NCBI GenBank assembly: GCA_043228905.1
Contig: JBHGNT010000050.1
Location: 115,177 to 179,176 of the forward strand
Length of the DNA stretch: 64,000 nucleotides
Source of the DNA: Azolla caroliniana
Lineage: Eukaryota; Plantae; Polypodiophyta
Direction of reading: 5' to 3'
Shown here: positions 37,601-52,199 of the stretch, one piece after another
Position numbering within the stretch: the first letter of the stretch is position 1
How the letters are laid out: each line of letters begins with the position of its first letter
Position numbers and translations under genes: made by a program
Notes under the pieces: model-generated
The model's database searches: none
Seen by the model: only the letters and a program-made list of their open reading frames with translations
Told to the model about the DNA's origin: nothing

Positions 37601-40600
37601 CAGAAATCCGATATCACACGAGCCAGGTATGACCATTTTAATTTACTCACTCGCTCTTCTCAACTCCCTCCTCAAATATTCTAATTTCCTCATGTCTCTC
37701 GACCTGAGTTTCAAAATCTTGATTTTTTAATTCTATATCATAGCTAGCCTTGTTAGTTTCGATTCGCATGTTTGAACACAGAAATCCGATATCACACGAG
37801 CCAGGTATGACCATTTTAATTTACTCACTCGCTCTTCTCAACTCCCTCCTCAAATATTCTAATTTCCTCATGTCTCTCGACCTGAGTTTCAAAATCTCGA
37901 TTTTTTAATTCTATGTCATAGCTAGCCTTGTTAGCTTCGATTCACATGTTTGAACACAGAAATCCGATATCACACGAGCCAGGTATGACCATTTTAATTT
38001 ACTCACTCGCTCTTCTCAACTCCCTCCTCCAACATGCTAATTTCCTCATGTCTTTTGACGTCAGTTTCAAAATCTCGATTTTTTAATTCTATATCATAGC
38101 TAGCCTTGTTAGCTTCGATTTGCATGTTTGAACACAGAAATCCGATATCACACGAGCCAGGTATGACCATTTTAATTTACTCACACGCTCTTCTCAACTC
38201 CCTCCTCAAATATGCTAATTTCGGCATGTCTCTCGACCTGAGTTTCAAAATCTTGATTTTTTAATTCTATATCATAGCTAGCCTTGTTAGTTTCGATTCG
38301 CATGTTTGAACACAGAAATCCGATATCACACGAGCCAGGTATGACCATTTTAATTTACTCACTCGCTCTTCTCAACTCCCTCCTCCAACATGCTAATTTC
38401 CTCATGTCTTTAGACGTCAGTTTCAAAATCTTGATTTTTTAATTCTATATCATAGCTAGCCTTGTTAGCTTCGATTTGCATGTTTGAACACAGAAATCCG
38501 ATATCACACGAGCCAGGTATGACCATTTTAATTTACTCACACGCTCTTCTCAACTCCCTCCTCAAATATGCTAATTTCGGCATGTCTCTCGACCTGAGTT
38601 TCAAAATCTTGATTTTTTAATTCTATATCATAGCTAGCCTTGTTAGTTTCGATTCGCATGTTTGAACACAGAAATCCGATATCACACGAGCCAGGTATGA
38701 CCATTTTAATTTACTCACTCGCTCTTCTCAACTCCCTCCTCAAATATTCTAATTTCCTCATGTCTCTCGACCTGAGTTTCAAAATCTCGATTTTTTAATT
38801 CTATGTCATAGCTAGCCTTGTTAGCTTCGATTCGCATGTTTGAACACAGAAATCCGATATCACACGAGCCAGGTATGACCATTTTAATTTACTCACTCGC
38901 TCTTCTCAACTCCCTCCTCCAACATGCTAATTTCCTCATGTCTTTTGACGTCAGTTTCAAAATCTCGATTTTTTAATTCTATATCATAGCTAGCCTTGTT
39001 AGCTTCGATTCGCATGTTTGAACACAGAAATCCGATATCACACGAGCCAGGTATGACCATTTTAATTTACTCACTCGCTCTTCTCAACTCCCTCCTCCAA
39101 CATGCTAATTTCCTCATGTCTTTCGACGTCAGTTTCAAAATCTCGATTTTTTAATTCTATATCATAGCTAGCCTTGTTAGCTTCGATTTGCATGTTTGAA
39201 CACAGAAATCCGATATCACACGAGCCAGGTATGACCATTTTAATTTACTCACTGGCTCTTCTCAACTCCCTCCTCAAATATGCTAATTTCCTCATGTCTC
39301 TCGACCTGAGTTTGCAAAATCTCGATTTTTTAATTCTATATCATAGCTAGCCTTGTTAGCTTCGATTCGCATGTTTGAACACAAAAATCCGATATCACAC
39401 GAGCCAGGTATGAACATTTTAATTTACTCACTCGCTCTTCTCAACTCCCTCCTCCAACATGCTAATTTCCTCATGTCTTTCGACGTCAGTTTCAAAATCT
39501 CGATTTTTTAATTCTATATCATAGGTAGCCTTGTTAGCTTCGATTTGCATGTTTGAACACAGAAATCCGATATCACACGAGCCAGGTATGACCATTTTAA
39601 TTTACTCACTGGCTCTTCTCAACTCCCTCCTCAAATATGCTAATTTCCTCATGTCTCTCGACCTGAGTTTCAAAATCTCAATTTTTTAATTCTATATCAT
39701 AGCTAGCGTTGTTAGCTTCGATTCGCATGTTTGAACACAAAAATCCGATATCACACGAGCCAGGTATGAACATTTTAATTTACTCACTAGCTCTTCTCAA
39801 CTCCCTCCTCAAATATTGTAATTTCTTCATGTCTCTCGACCTGAGTTTCAAAATCTCGATTATTTAATTCTATATCATAGCTAGCGTTGTTATCTTCGAT
39901 TCGCATGTTTGAACACAAAAATCCGATATCACACGTGCCAGGTCTGAACATTTTAATTTACTGACTAGCTCTTCTCAACTCCTTCTTGAAATATGCTAAT
40001 TTCCTCATGTCTCTCGACCTGAGTTTCAAAATTTCGATTTTTTAATTCTATATGATAGCTAGCGTTGTTAGCTTCGATTCGCATGTTTGAACACAAAAAT
40101 CCGATATCACACGAGCCAGGTATGAACATTTTAATTTACTCACTAGCTCTTCTCAACTCCCTCCTCAAATATTCTAATTTCCTCATGTCTTTCGACGTGA
40201 GTTTCTAAATCTTGATTTTTAAATTCTATATCAAAGCTAGCGTTGTTAGCTTCGATTCGCATGTTTGAACAGAGAAATCGGATATCACACGTGCCAGGTT
40301 TGACCAGTTTAATTTACTCACTCGCTCTTCTCAACTCCCTCCTCAAATATGCTAATTTCCTCATGTCTCTCGACCTGAGTTTCAAAATCTCGATTTTTTA
40401 ATTCTATGTCATAGCTAGCGTTGTTAGCTTCGATTCGCATGTTTGAACACAGAAATCCGATATCACACGAGCCAGGTATGACCATTTTAATTTACTCACT
40501 CGCTCTTCTCAACTCCCTCCTCCAACATGCTAATTTCCTCATGTCTTTCGACGTCAGTTTCAAAATCTCGATTTTTTAATTCTATATCATAGCTAGCCTT

Positions 40601-43600
40601 GTTAGCTTCGATTTGCATGTTTGAACACAGAAATCCGATATCACACGAGCCAGGTATGACCATTTTAATTTACTCACTGGCTCTTCTCAACTCCCTCCTC
40701 CAACATGCTAATTTCCTCATGTCTTTCGACGTCAGTTTCAAAATCTCGATTTTTTAATTCTATATCATAGCTAGCCTTGTTAGCTTCGATTTGCATGTTT
40801 GAACACAGAAATCCGATATCACACGAGCCAGGTATGACCATTTTAATTTACTCACTGGCTCTTCTCAACTCCCTCCTCAAATATGCTAATTTCCTCATGT
40901 CTCTCGACCTGAGTTTCAAAATCTCGATTTTTTAATTCTATGTCATAGCTAGCGTTGTTAGCTTCGATTCGCATGTTTGAACACAGAAATCCGATATCAC
41001 ACGAGCCAGGTATGACCATTTTAATTTACTCACTCGCTCTTCTCAACTCCCTCCTCAAATATGCTAATTTCCTCATGTCTCTCGACCTGAGTTTCAAAAT
41101 CACGAATTTTTAATTCTATATCATAGCTAGGCTTGTTAGTTTCGATTCGCATTTTTGAACACAGAAATCCGATATCACACGAGCCAGGTATGACCATTTT
41201 AATTTACTCACTCGCTCTTCTCAACTCCCTCCTCCAACATGCTAATTTCCTCATGTCTTTAGACGTCAGTTTCAAAATCTTGATTTTTTAATTCTATATC
41301 ATAGCTAGCCTTGTTAGCTTCGATTTGCATGTTTGAACACAGAAATCCGATATCACACGAGCCAGGTATGACCATTTTAATTTACTCACACGCTCTTCTC
41401 AACTCCCTCCTCAAATATGCTAATTTCGGCATGTCTCTCGACCTGAGTTTCAAAATCTTGATTTTTTAATTCTATATCATAGCTAGCCTTGTTAGTTTCG
41501 ATTCGCATGTTTGAACACAGAAATCCGATATCACACGAGCCAGGTATGACCATTTTAATTTACTCACTCGCTCTTCTCAACTCCCTCCTCCAACATGCTA
41601 ATTTCCTCATGTCTTTCGACGTCAGTTTCAAAATCTTGATTTTTTAATTCTATATCATAGCTAGCGTTGTTAGCTTCGATTCGCATGTTTGAACACAGAA
41701 ATCCGATATCACACGAGCCAGATATGAACATTTTAATTTACTCACTAGCTCTTCTCAACTCCCTCCTCAAATATTGTAATTTCTTCATGTCTCTCGACCT
41801 GAGTTTCAAAATCGCGATTATTTAATTCTATATCATAGCTAGCGTTGTTATCTTCGATTCGCATGTTTGAACACAAAAATCCGATATCACACGTGCCAGG
41901 TCTGAACATTTTAATTTACTGACTGGCTCTTCTCAACTCCTTCTTGAAATATGCTAATTTCCTCATGTCTCTCGACCTGAGTTTCAAAATCTCAATTTTT
42001 TAATTCTATATCATAGCTAGCGTTGTTAGCTTCGATTCGCATGTTTGAACACAAAAATCCGATATCACACGAGCCAGATATGAACATTTTAATTTACTCA
42101 CTAGCTCTTCTCAACTCCCTCCTCAAATATTGTAATTTCTTCATGTCTCTCGACCTGAGTTTCAAAATCTCGATTATTTAATTCTATATCATAGCTAGCG
42201 TTCTTATCTTCGATTCGCATGTTTGAACACAAAAATCCGATATCAGACGTGCCAGGTATGAACATTTTAATTTACTCACTGGCTCTTCTCAACTCCTTCT
42301 TCAAATATGCTAATTTCCTCATGTCTCTCGACCTGAGTTTCAAAATCACGATTTTTTAATTCTATATCATAGCTAGCCTTGTTAGTTTCGATTCGCATGT
42401 TTGAACACAGAAATCCGATATCACACGAGCCAGGTATGACCATTTTAATTTACTCACTGGCTCTTCTCAACTCCCTCCTCAAATATTCTAATTTCCTCAT
42501 GTCTTTCGACGTGAGTTTCTAAATCTTGATTTTTAAATTCTATATCAAAGCTAGCGTTGTTAGCTTCGATTCGCATGTTTGAACAGAGAAATCGGATATC
42601 ACACGTGCCAGGTTTGACCAGTTTAATTTACTCACTCGCTCTTCTCAACTCCCTCCTCAAATATGCTAATTTCCTCATGTCTCTCGACCTGAGTTTCAAA
42701 ATCTCGATTTTTTAATTCTATGTCATAGCTAGCGTTGTTAGCTTCGATTCGCATGTTTGAACACAGAAATCCGATATCACACGAGCCAGGTATGACCATT
42801 TTAATTTACTCACTCGCTCTTCTCAACTCCCTCCTCCAACATGCTAATTTCCTCATGTCTTTCGACGTCAGTTTCAAAATCTCGATTTTTTAATTCTATA
42901 TCATAGCTAGCCTTGTTAGCTTCGATTTGCATGTTTGAACACAGAAATCCGATATCACACGAGCCAGGTATGACCATTTTAATTTACTCACTGGCTCTTC
43001 TCAACTCCCTCCTCCAACATGCTAATTTCCTCATGTCTTTCGACGTCAGTTTCAAAATCTCGATTTTTTAATTCTATATCATAGCTAGCCTTGTTAGCTT
43101 CGATTTGCATGTTTGAACACAGAAATCCGATATCACACGAGCCAGGTATGACCATTTTAATTTACTCACTGGCTCTTCTCAACTCCCTCCTCAAATATGC
43201 TAATTTCCTCATGTCTCTCGACCTGAGTTTCAAAATCTCGATTTTTTAATTCTATGTCATAGCTAGCGTTGTTAGCTTCGATTCGCATGTTTGAACACAG
43301 AAATCCGATATCACACGAGCCAGGTATGACCATTTTAATTTACTCACTCGCTCTTCTCAACTCCCTCCTCAAATATGCTAATTTCCTCATGTCTCTCGAC
43401 CTGAGTTTCAAAATCACGAATTTTTAATTCTATATCATAGCTAGGCTTGTTAGTTTCGATTCGCATTTTTGAACACAGAAATCCGATATCACACGAGCCA
43501 GGTATGACCATTTTAATTTACTCACTCGCTCTTCTCAACTCCCTCCTCCAACATGCTAATTTCCTCATGTCTTTAGACGTCAGTTTCAAAATCTTGATTT

Positions 43601-46600
43601 TTTAATTCTATATCATAGCTAGCCTTGTTAGCTTCGATTTGCATGTTTGAACACAGAAATCCGATATCACACGAGCCAGGTATGACCATTTTAATTTACT
43701 CACACGCTCTTCTCAACTCCCTCCTCAAATATGCTAATTTCGGCATGTCTCTCGACCTGAGTTTCAAAATCTTGATTTTTTAATTCTATATCATAGCTAG
43801 CCTTGTTAGTTTCGATTCGCATGTTTGAACACAGAAATCCGATATCACACGAGCCAGGTATGACCATTTTAATTTACTCACTCGCTCTTCTCAACTCCCT
43901 CCTCCAACATGCTAATTTCCTCATGTCTTTCGACGTCAGTTTCAAAATCTTGATTTTTTAATTCTATATCATAGCTAGCGTTGTTAGCTTCGATTCGCAT
44001 GTTTGAACACAGAAATCCGATATCACACGAGCCAGATATGAACATTTTAATTTACTCACTAGCTCTTCTCAACTCCCTCCTCAAATATTGTAATTTCTTC
44101 ATGTCTCTCGACCTGAGTTTCAAAATCGCGATTATTTAATTCTATATCATAGCTAGCGTTGTTATCTTCGATTCGCATGTTTGAACACAAAAATCCGATA
44201 TCACACGTGCCAGGTCTGAACATTTTAATTTACTGACTGGCTCTTCTCAACTCCTTCTTGAAATATGCTAATTTCCTCATGTCTCTCGACCTGAGTTTCA
44301 AAATCTCAATTTTTTAATTCTATATCATAGCTAGCGTTGTTAGCTTCGATTCGCATGTTTGAACACAAAAATCCGATATCACACGAGCCAGATATGAACA
44401 TTTTAATTTACTCACTAGCTCTTCTCAACTCCCTCCTCAAATATTGTAATTTCTTCATGTCTCTCGACCTGAGTTTCAAAATCTCGATTATTTAATTCTA
44501 TATCATAGCTAGCGTTCTTATCTTCGATTCGCATGTTTGAACACAAAAATCCGATATCAGACGTGCCAGGTATGAACATTTTAATTTACTCACTGGCTCT
44601 TCTCAACTCCTTCTTCAAATATGCTAATTTCCTCATGTCTCTCGACCTGAGTTTCAAAATCACGATTTTTTAATTCTATATCATAGCTAGCCTTGTTAGT
44701 TTCGATTCGCATGTTTGAACACAGAAATCCGATATCACACGAGCCAGGTATGACCATTTTAATTTACTCACTGGCTCTTCTCAACTCCCTCCTCAAATAT
44801 GCTAATTTCCTCATGTCTCTCGACCTGAGTTTCAAAATCACGAATTTTTAATTCTATATCATAGCTAGGCTTGTTAGTTTCGATTCGCATTTTTGAACAC
44901 AGAAATCCGATATCACACGAGCCAGGTATGACCATTTTAATTTACTCACTCGCTCTTCTCAACTCCCTCCTCCAACATGCTAATTTCCTCATGTCTTTAG
45001 ACGTCAGTTTCAAAATCTTGATTTTTTAATTCTATATCATAGCTAGCCTTGTTAGCTTCGATTTGCATGTTTGAACACAGAAATCCGATATCACACGAGC
45101 CAGGTATGACCATTTTAATTTACTCACACGCTCTTCTCAACTCCCTCCTCAAATATGCTAATTTCGGCATGTCTCTCGACCTGAGTTTCAAAATCTTGAT
45201 TTTTTAATTCTATATCATAGCTAGCCTTGTTAGTTTCGATTCGCATGTTTGAACACAGAAATCCGATATCACACGAGCCAGGTATGACCATTTTAATTTA
45301 CTCACTCGCTCTTCTCAACTCCCTCCTCCAACATGCTAATTTCCTCATGTCTTTAGACGTCAGTTTCAAAATCTTGATTTTTTAATTCTATATCATAGCT
45401 AGCCTTGTTAGCTTCGATTTGCATGTTTGAACACAGAAATCCGATATCACACGAGCCAGGTATGACCATTTTAATTTACTCACACGCTCTTCTCAACTCC
45501 CTCCTCAAATATGCTAATTTCGGCATGTCTCTCGACCTGAGTTTCAAAATCTTGATTTTTTAATTCTATATCATAGCTAGCCTTGTTAGTTTCGATTCGC
45601 ATGTTTGAACACAGAAATCCGATATCACACGAGCCAGGTATGACCATTTTAATTTACTCACTCGCTCTTCTCAACTCCCTCCTCAAATATTCTAATTTCC
45701 TCATGTCTCTCGACCTGAGTTTCAAAATCTCGATTTTTTAATTCTATGTCATAGCTAGCCTTGTTAGCTTCGATTCACATGTTTGAACACAGAAATCCGA
45801 TATCACACGAGCCAGGTATGACCATTTTAATTTACTCACTCGCTCTTCTCAACTCCCTCCTCCAACATGCTAATTTCCTCATGTCTTTTGACGTCAGTTT
45901 CAAAATCTCGATTTTTTAATTCTATATCATAGCTAGCCTTGTTAGCTTCGATTTGCATGTTTGAACACAGAAATCCGATATCACACGAGCCAGGTATGAC
46001 CATTTTAATTTACTCACACGCTCTTCTCAACTCCCTCCTCAAATATGCTAATTTCGGCATGTCTCTCGACCTGAGTTTCAAAATCTTGATTTTTTAATTC
46101 TATATCATAGCTAGCCTTGTTAGTTTCGATTCGCATGTTTGAACACAGAAATCCGATATCACACGAGCCAGGTATGACCATTTTAATTTACTCACTCGCT
46201 CTTCTCAACTCCCTCCTCCAACATGCTAATTTCCTCATGTCTTTAGACGTCAGTTTCAAAATCTTGATTTTTTAATTCTATATCATAGCTAGCCTTGTTA
46301 GCTTCGATTTGCATGTTTGAACACAGAAATCCGATATCACACGAGCCAGGTATGACCATTTTAATTTACTCACACGCTCTTCTCAACTCCCTCCTCAAAT
46401 ATGCTAATTTCGGCATGTCTCTCGACCTGAGTTTCAAAATCTTGATTTTTTAATTCTATATCATAGCTAGCCTTGTTAGTTTCGATTCGCATGTTTGAAC
46501 ACAGAAATCCGATATCACACGAGCCAGGTATGACCATTTTAATTTACTCACTCGCTCTTCTCAACTCCCTCCTCAAATATTCTAATTTCCTCATGTCTCT

Positions 46601-49600
46601 CGACCTGAGTTTCAAAATCTTGATTTTTTAATTCTATATCATAGCTAGCCTTGTTAGTTTCGATTCGCATGTTTGAACACAGAAATCCGATATCACACGA
46701 GCCAGGTATGACCATTTTAATTTACTCACTCGCTCTTCTCAACTCCCTCCTCAAATATTCTAATTTCCTCATGTCTCTCGACCTGAGTTTCAAAATCTCG
46801 ATTTTTTAATTCTATGTCATAGCTAGCCTTGTTAGCTTCGATTCACATGTTTGAACACAGAAATCCGATATCACACGAGCCAGGTATGACCATTTTAATT
46901 TACTCACTCGCTCTTCTCAACTCCCTCCTCCAACATGCTAATTTCCTCATGTCTTTTGACGTCAGTTTCAAAATCTCGATTTTTTAATTCTATATCATAG
47001 CTAGCCTTGTTAGCTTCGATTTGCATGTTTGAACACAGAAATCCGATATCACACGAGCCAGGTATGACCATTTTAATTTACTCACACGCTCTTCTCAACT
47101 CCCTCCTCAAATATGCTAATTTCGGCATGTCTCTCGACCTGAGTTTCAAAATCTTGATTTTTTAATTCTATATCATAGCTAGCCTTGTTAGTTTCGATTC
47201 ACATGTTTGAACACAGAAATCCGATATCACACGAGCCAGGTATGACCATTTTAATTTACTCACTCGCTCTTCTCAACTCCCTCCTCCAACATGCTAATTT
47301 CCTCATGTCTTTAGACGTCAGTTTCAAAATCTTGATTTTTTAATTCTATATCATAGCTAGCCTTGTTAGCTTCGATTTGCATGTTTGAACACAGAAATCC
47401 GATATCACACGAGCCAGGTATGACCATTTTAATTTACTCACACGCTCTTCTCAACTCCCTCCTCAAATATGCTAATTTCGGCATGTCTCTCGACCTGAGT
47501 TTCAAAATCTTGATTTTTTAATTCTATATCATAGCTAGCCTTGTTAGTTTCGATTCGCATGTTTGAACACAGAAATCCGATATCACACGAGCCAGGTATG
47601 ACCATTTTAATTTACTCACTCGCTCTTCTCAACTCCCTCCTCAAATATTCTAATTTCCTCATGTCTCTCGACCTGAGTTTCAAAATCTCGATTTTTTAAT
47701 TCTATGTCATAGCTAGCCTTGTTAGCTTCGATTCGCATGTTTGAACACAGAAATCCGATATCACACGAGCCAGGTATGACCATTTTAATTTACTCACTCG
47801 CTCTTCTCAACTCCCTCCTCCAACATGCTAATTTCCTCATGTCTTTTGACGTCAGTTTCAAAATCTCGATTTTTTAATTCTATATCATAGCTAGCCTTGT
47901 TAGCTTCGATTCGCATGTTTGAACACAGAAATCCGATATCACACGAGCCAGGTATGACCATTTTAATTTACTCACTCGCTCTTCTCAACTCCCTCCTCCA
48001 ACATGCTAATTTCCTCATGTCTTTCGACGTCAGTTTCAAAATCTCGATTTTTTAATTCTATATCATAGCTAGCCTTGTTAGCTTCGATTTGCATGTTTGA
48101 ACACAGAAATCCGATATCACACGAGCCAGGTATGACCATTTTAATTTACTCACTCGCTCTTCTCAACTCCCTCCTCAAATATGCTAATTTCCTCATGTCT
48201 CTCGACCTGAGTTTCAAAATCTCGATTTTTTAATTCTATATCATAGCTAGCCTTGTTAGCTTCGATTCGCATGTTTGAACACAAAAATCCGATATCACAC
48301 GAGCCAGGTATGAACATTTTAATTTACTCACTCGCTCTTCTCAACTCCCTCCTCCAACATGCTAATTTCCTCATGTCTTTCGACGTCAGTTTCAAAATCT
48401 CGATTTTTTAATTCTATATCATAGGTAGCCTTGTTAGCTTCGATTTGCATGTTTGAACACAGAAATCCGATATCACACGAGCCAGGTATGACCATTTTAA
48501 TTTACTCACTGGCTCTTCTCAACTCCCTCCTCAAATATGCTAATTTCCTCATGTCTCTCGACCTGAGTTTCAAAATCTCAATTTTTTAATTCTATATCAT
48601 AGCTAGCGTTGTTAGCTTCGATTCGCATGTTTGAACACAAAAATCCGATATCACACGAGCCAGGTATGAACATTTTAATTTACTCACTAGCTCTTCTCAA
48701 CTCCCTCCTCAAATATTGTAATTTCTTCATGTCTCTCGACCTGAGTTTCAAAATCTCGATTATTTAATTCTATATCATAGCTAGCGTTGTTATCTTCGAT
48801 TCGCATGTTTGAACACAAAAATCCGATATCACACGTGCCAGGTCTGAACATTTTAATTTACTGACTAGCTCTTCTCAACTCCTTCTTGAAATATGCTAAT
48901 TTCCTCATGTCTCTCGACCTGAGTTTCAAAATTTCGATTTTTTAATTCTATATGATAGCTAGCGTTGTTAGCTTCGATTCGCATGTTTGAACACAAAAAT
49001 CCGATATCACACGAGCCAGGTATGAACATTTTAATTTACTCACTAGCTCTTCTCAACTCCCTCCTCAAATATTCTAATTTCCTCATGTCTTTCGACGTGA
49101 GTTTCTAAATCTTGATTTTTAAATTCTATATCAAAGCTAGCGTTGTTAGCTTCGATTCGCATGTTTGAACAGAGAAATCGGATATCACACGTGCCAGGTT
49201 TGACCAGTTTAATTTACTCACTCGCTCTTCTCAACTCCCTCCTCAAATATGCTAATTTCCTCATGTCTCTCGACCTGAGTTTCAAAATCTCGATTTTTTA
49301 ATTCTATGTCATAGCTAGCGTTGTTAGCTTCGATTCGCATGTTTGAACACAGAAATCCGATATCACACGAGCCAGGTATGACCATTTTAATTTACTCACT
49401 CGCTCTTCTCAACTCCCTCCTCCAACATGCTAATTTCCTCATGTCTTTCGACGTCAGTTTCAAAATCTCGATTTTTTAATTCTATATCATAGCTAGCCTT
49501 GTTAGCTTCGATTTGCATGTTTGAACACAGAAATCCGATATCACACGAGCCAGGTATGACCATTTTAATTTACTCACTGGCTCTTCTCAACTCCCTCCTC
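34300..49600 (+). repeat. Nested duplication: 37-mer plus 13-mer giving a 50-monomer (8900 bp) offset
   Basis: AAAATCGCG at 35221, 41808, 44122; GTTTCTAAAT at 40201, 42515, 49101; ATAGGTAGCC at 39521/48421; ATTTCGATTT at 40031/48931. Ends approximate. Confidence 0.82.
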
Positions 49601-52199
49601 AAATATGCTAATTTCCTCATGTCTCTCGGCCTGAGTTTCAAAATCTCAATTTTTTAATTCTATATCATAGCTAGCGTTGTTAGCTTCGATTCGCATGTTT
49701 GAACACAAAAATCCGATATCACACGAGCCAGGTATGAACATTTTAATTTACTCACTAGCTCTTCTCAACTCCCTCCTCAAATATTGTAATTTCTTCATGT
49801 CTCTCGACCTGAGTTTCAAAATCTCGATTATTTAATTCTATATCATAGCTAGCGTTGTTATCTTCGATTCGCATGTTTGAACACAAAAATCCGATATCAC
49901 ACGTGCCAGGTCTGAACATTTTAATTTACTGACTGGCTCTTCTCAACTCCTTCTTGAAATATGCTAATTTCCTCATGTCTCTCGACCTGAGTTTCAAAAT
50001 CTCGATTTTTTAATTCTATATGATAGCTAGCGTTGTTAGCTTCGATTCGCATGTTTGAACACAAAAATCCGATATCACACGAGCCAGGTATGAACATTTT
50101 AATTTACTCACTAGCTCTTCTCAACTCCCTCCTCAAATATTCTAATTTCCTCATGTCTTTCGACGTGAGTTTCAAAATCTTGATTTTTAAATTCTATATC
50201 AAAGCTAGCGTTGTTAGCTTCGATTCGCATGTTTGAACAGAGAAATCGGATATCACACGTGCCAGGTTTGACCAGTTTAATTTACTCACTCGCTCTTCTC
50301 AACTCCCTCCTCAAATATGCTAATTTCCTCATGTCTCTCGACCTGAGTTTCAAAATCTCGATTTTTTAATTCTATGTCATAGCTAGCCTTGTTAGCTTCG
50401 ATTCGCATGTTTGAACACAGAAATCCGATATCACACGAGCCAGGTATGACCATTTTAATTTACTCACTCGCTCTTCTCAACTCCCTCCTCCCACATGCTA
50501 ATTTCCTCATGTCTTTCGACCTGAGTTTCAAAATCTCGATTTTTTAATTCTATATCATAGCTAGCCTTGTTAGCTTCGATTTGCATGTTTGAACACAGAA
50601 ATCCGATATCACACGAGCCAGGTATGAACATTTTAATTTACTCACTAGCTCTTCTCAACTCCCTCCTCAAATATTCTAATTTCCTCATGTCTTTCGACGT
50701 GAGTTTCAAAATCTTGATTTTTAAATTCTATATCAAAGCTAGCGTTGTTAGCTTCGATTCGCATGTTTGAACAGAGAAATCGGATATCACACGTGCCAGG
50801 TTTGACCAGTTTAATTTACTCACTCGCTCTTCTCAACTCCCTCCTCAAATATGCTAATTTCCTCATGTCTCTCGACCTGAGTTTCAAAATCTCGATTTTT
50901 TAATTCTATGTCATAGCTAGCCTTGTTAGCTTCGATTCGCATGTTTGAACACAGAAATCCGATATCACACGAGCCAGGTATGACCATTTTAATTTACTCA
51001 CTCGCTCTTCTCAACTCCCTCCTCCAACATGCTAATTTCCTCATGTCTTTAGACGTCAGTTTCAAAATCTTGATTTTTTAATTCTATATCATAGCTAGCC
51101 TTGTTAGCTTCGATTTGCATGTTTGAACACAGAAATCCGATATCACACGAGCCAGGTATGACCATTTTAATTTACTCACACGCTCTTCTCAACTCCCTCC
51201 TCAAATATGCTAATTTCGGCATGTCTCTCGACCTGAGTTTCAAAATCTTGATTTTTTAATTCTATATCATAGCTAGCCTTGTTAGTTTCGATTCGCATGT
51301 TTGAACACAGAAATCCGATATCACACGAGCCAGGTATGACCATTTTAATTTACTCACTCGCTCTTCTCAACTCCCTCCTCAAATATTCTAATTTCCTCAT
51401 GTCTCTCGACCTGAGTTTCAAAATCTTGATTTTTTAATTCTATATCATAGCTAGCCTTGTTAGTTTCGATTCGCATGTTTGAACACAGAAATCCGATATC
51501 ACACGAGCCAGGTATGACCATTTTAATTTACTCACTCGCTCTTCTCAACTCCCTCCTCAAATATTCTAATTTCCTCATGTCTCTCGACCTGAGTTTCAAA
51601 ATCTCGATTTTTTAATTCTATGTCATAGCTAGCCTTGTTAGCTTCGATTCACATGTTTGAACACAGAAATCCGATATCACACGAGCCAGGTATGACCATT
51701 TTAATTTACTCACTCGCTCTTCTCAACTCCCTCCTCCAACATGCTAATTTCCTCATGTCTTTTGACGTCAGTTTCAAAATCTCGATTTTTTAATTCTATA
51801 TCATAGCTAGCCTTGTTAGCTTCGATTTGCATGTTTGAACACAGAAATCCGATATCACACGAGCCAGGTATGACCATTTTAATTTACTCACACGCTCTTC
51901 TCAACTCCCTCCTCAAATATGCTAATTTCGGCATGTCTCTCGACCTGAGTTTCAAAATCTTGATTTTTTAATTCTATATCATAGCTAGCCTTGTTAGTTT
52001 CGATTCGCATGTTTGAACACAGAAATCCGATATCACACGAGCCAGGTATGACCATTTTAATTTACTCACTCGCTCTTCTCAACTCCCTCCTCAAATATTC
52101 TAATTTCCTCATGTCTCTCGACCTGAGTTTCAAAATCTCGATTTTTTAATTCTATGTCATAGCTAGCCTTGTTAGCTTCGATTCGCATGTTTGAACACA

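Noticed and set aside
22578-39314. Single-base insertions at ~22581 (T) and 39314 (G)
   Set aside because: Singletons next to homopolymer runs, indistinguishable from consensus errors without reads.
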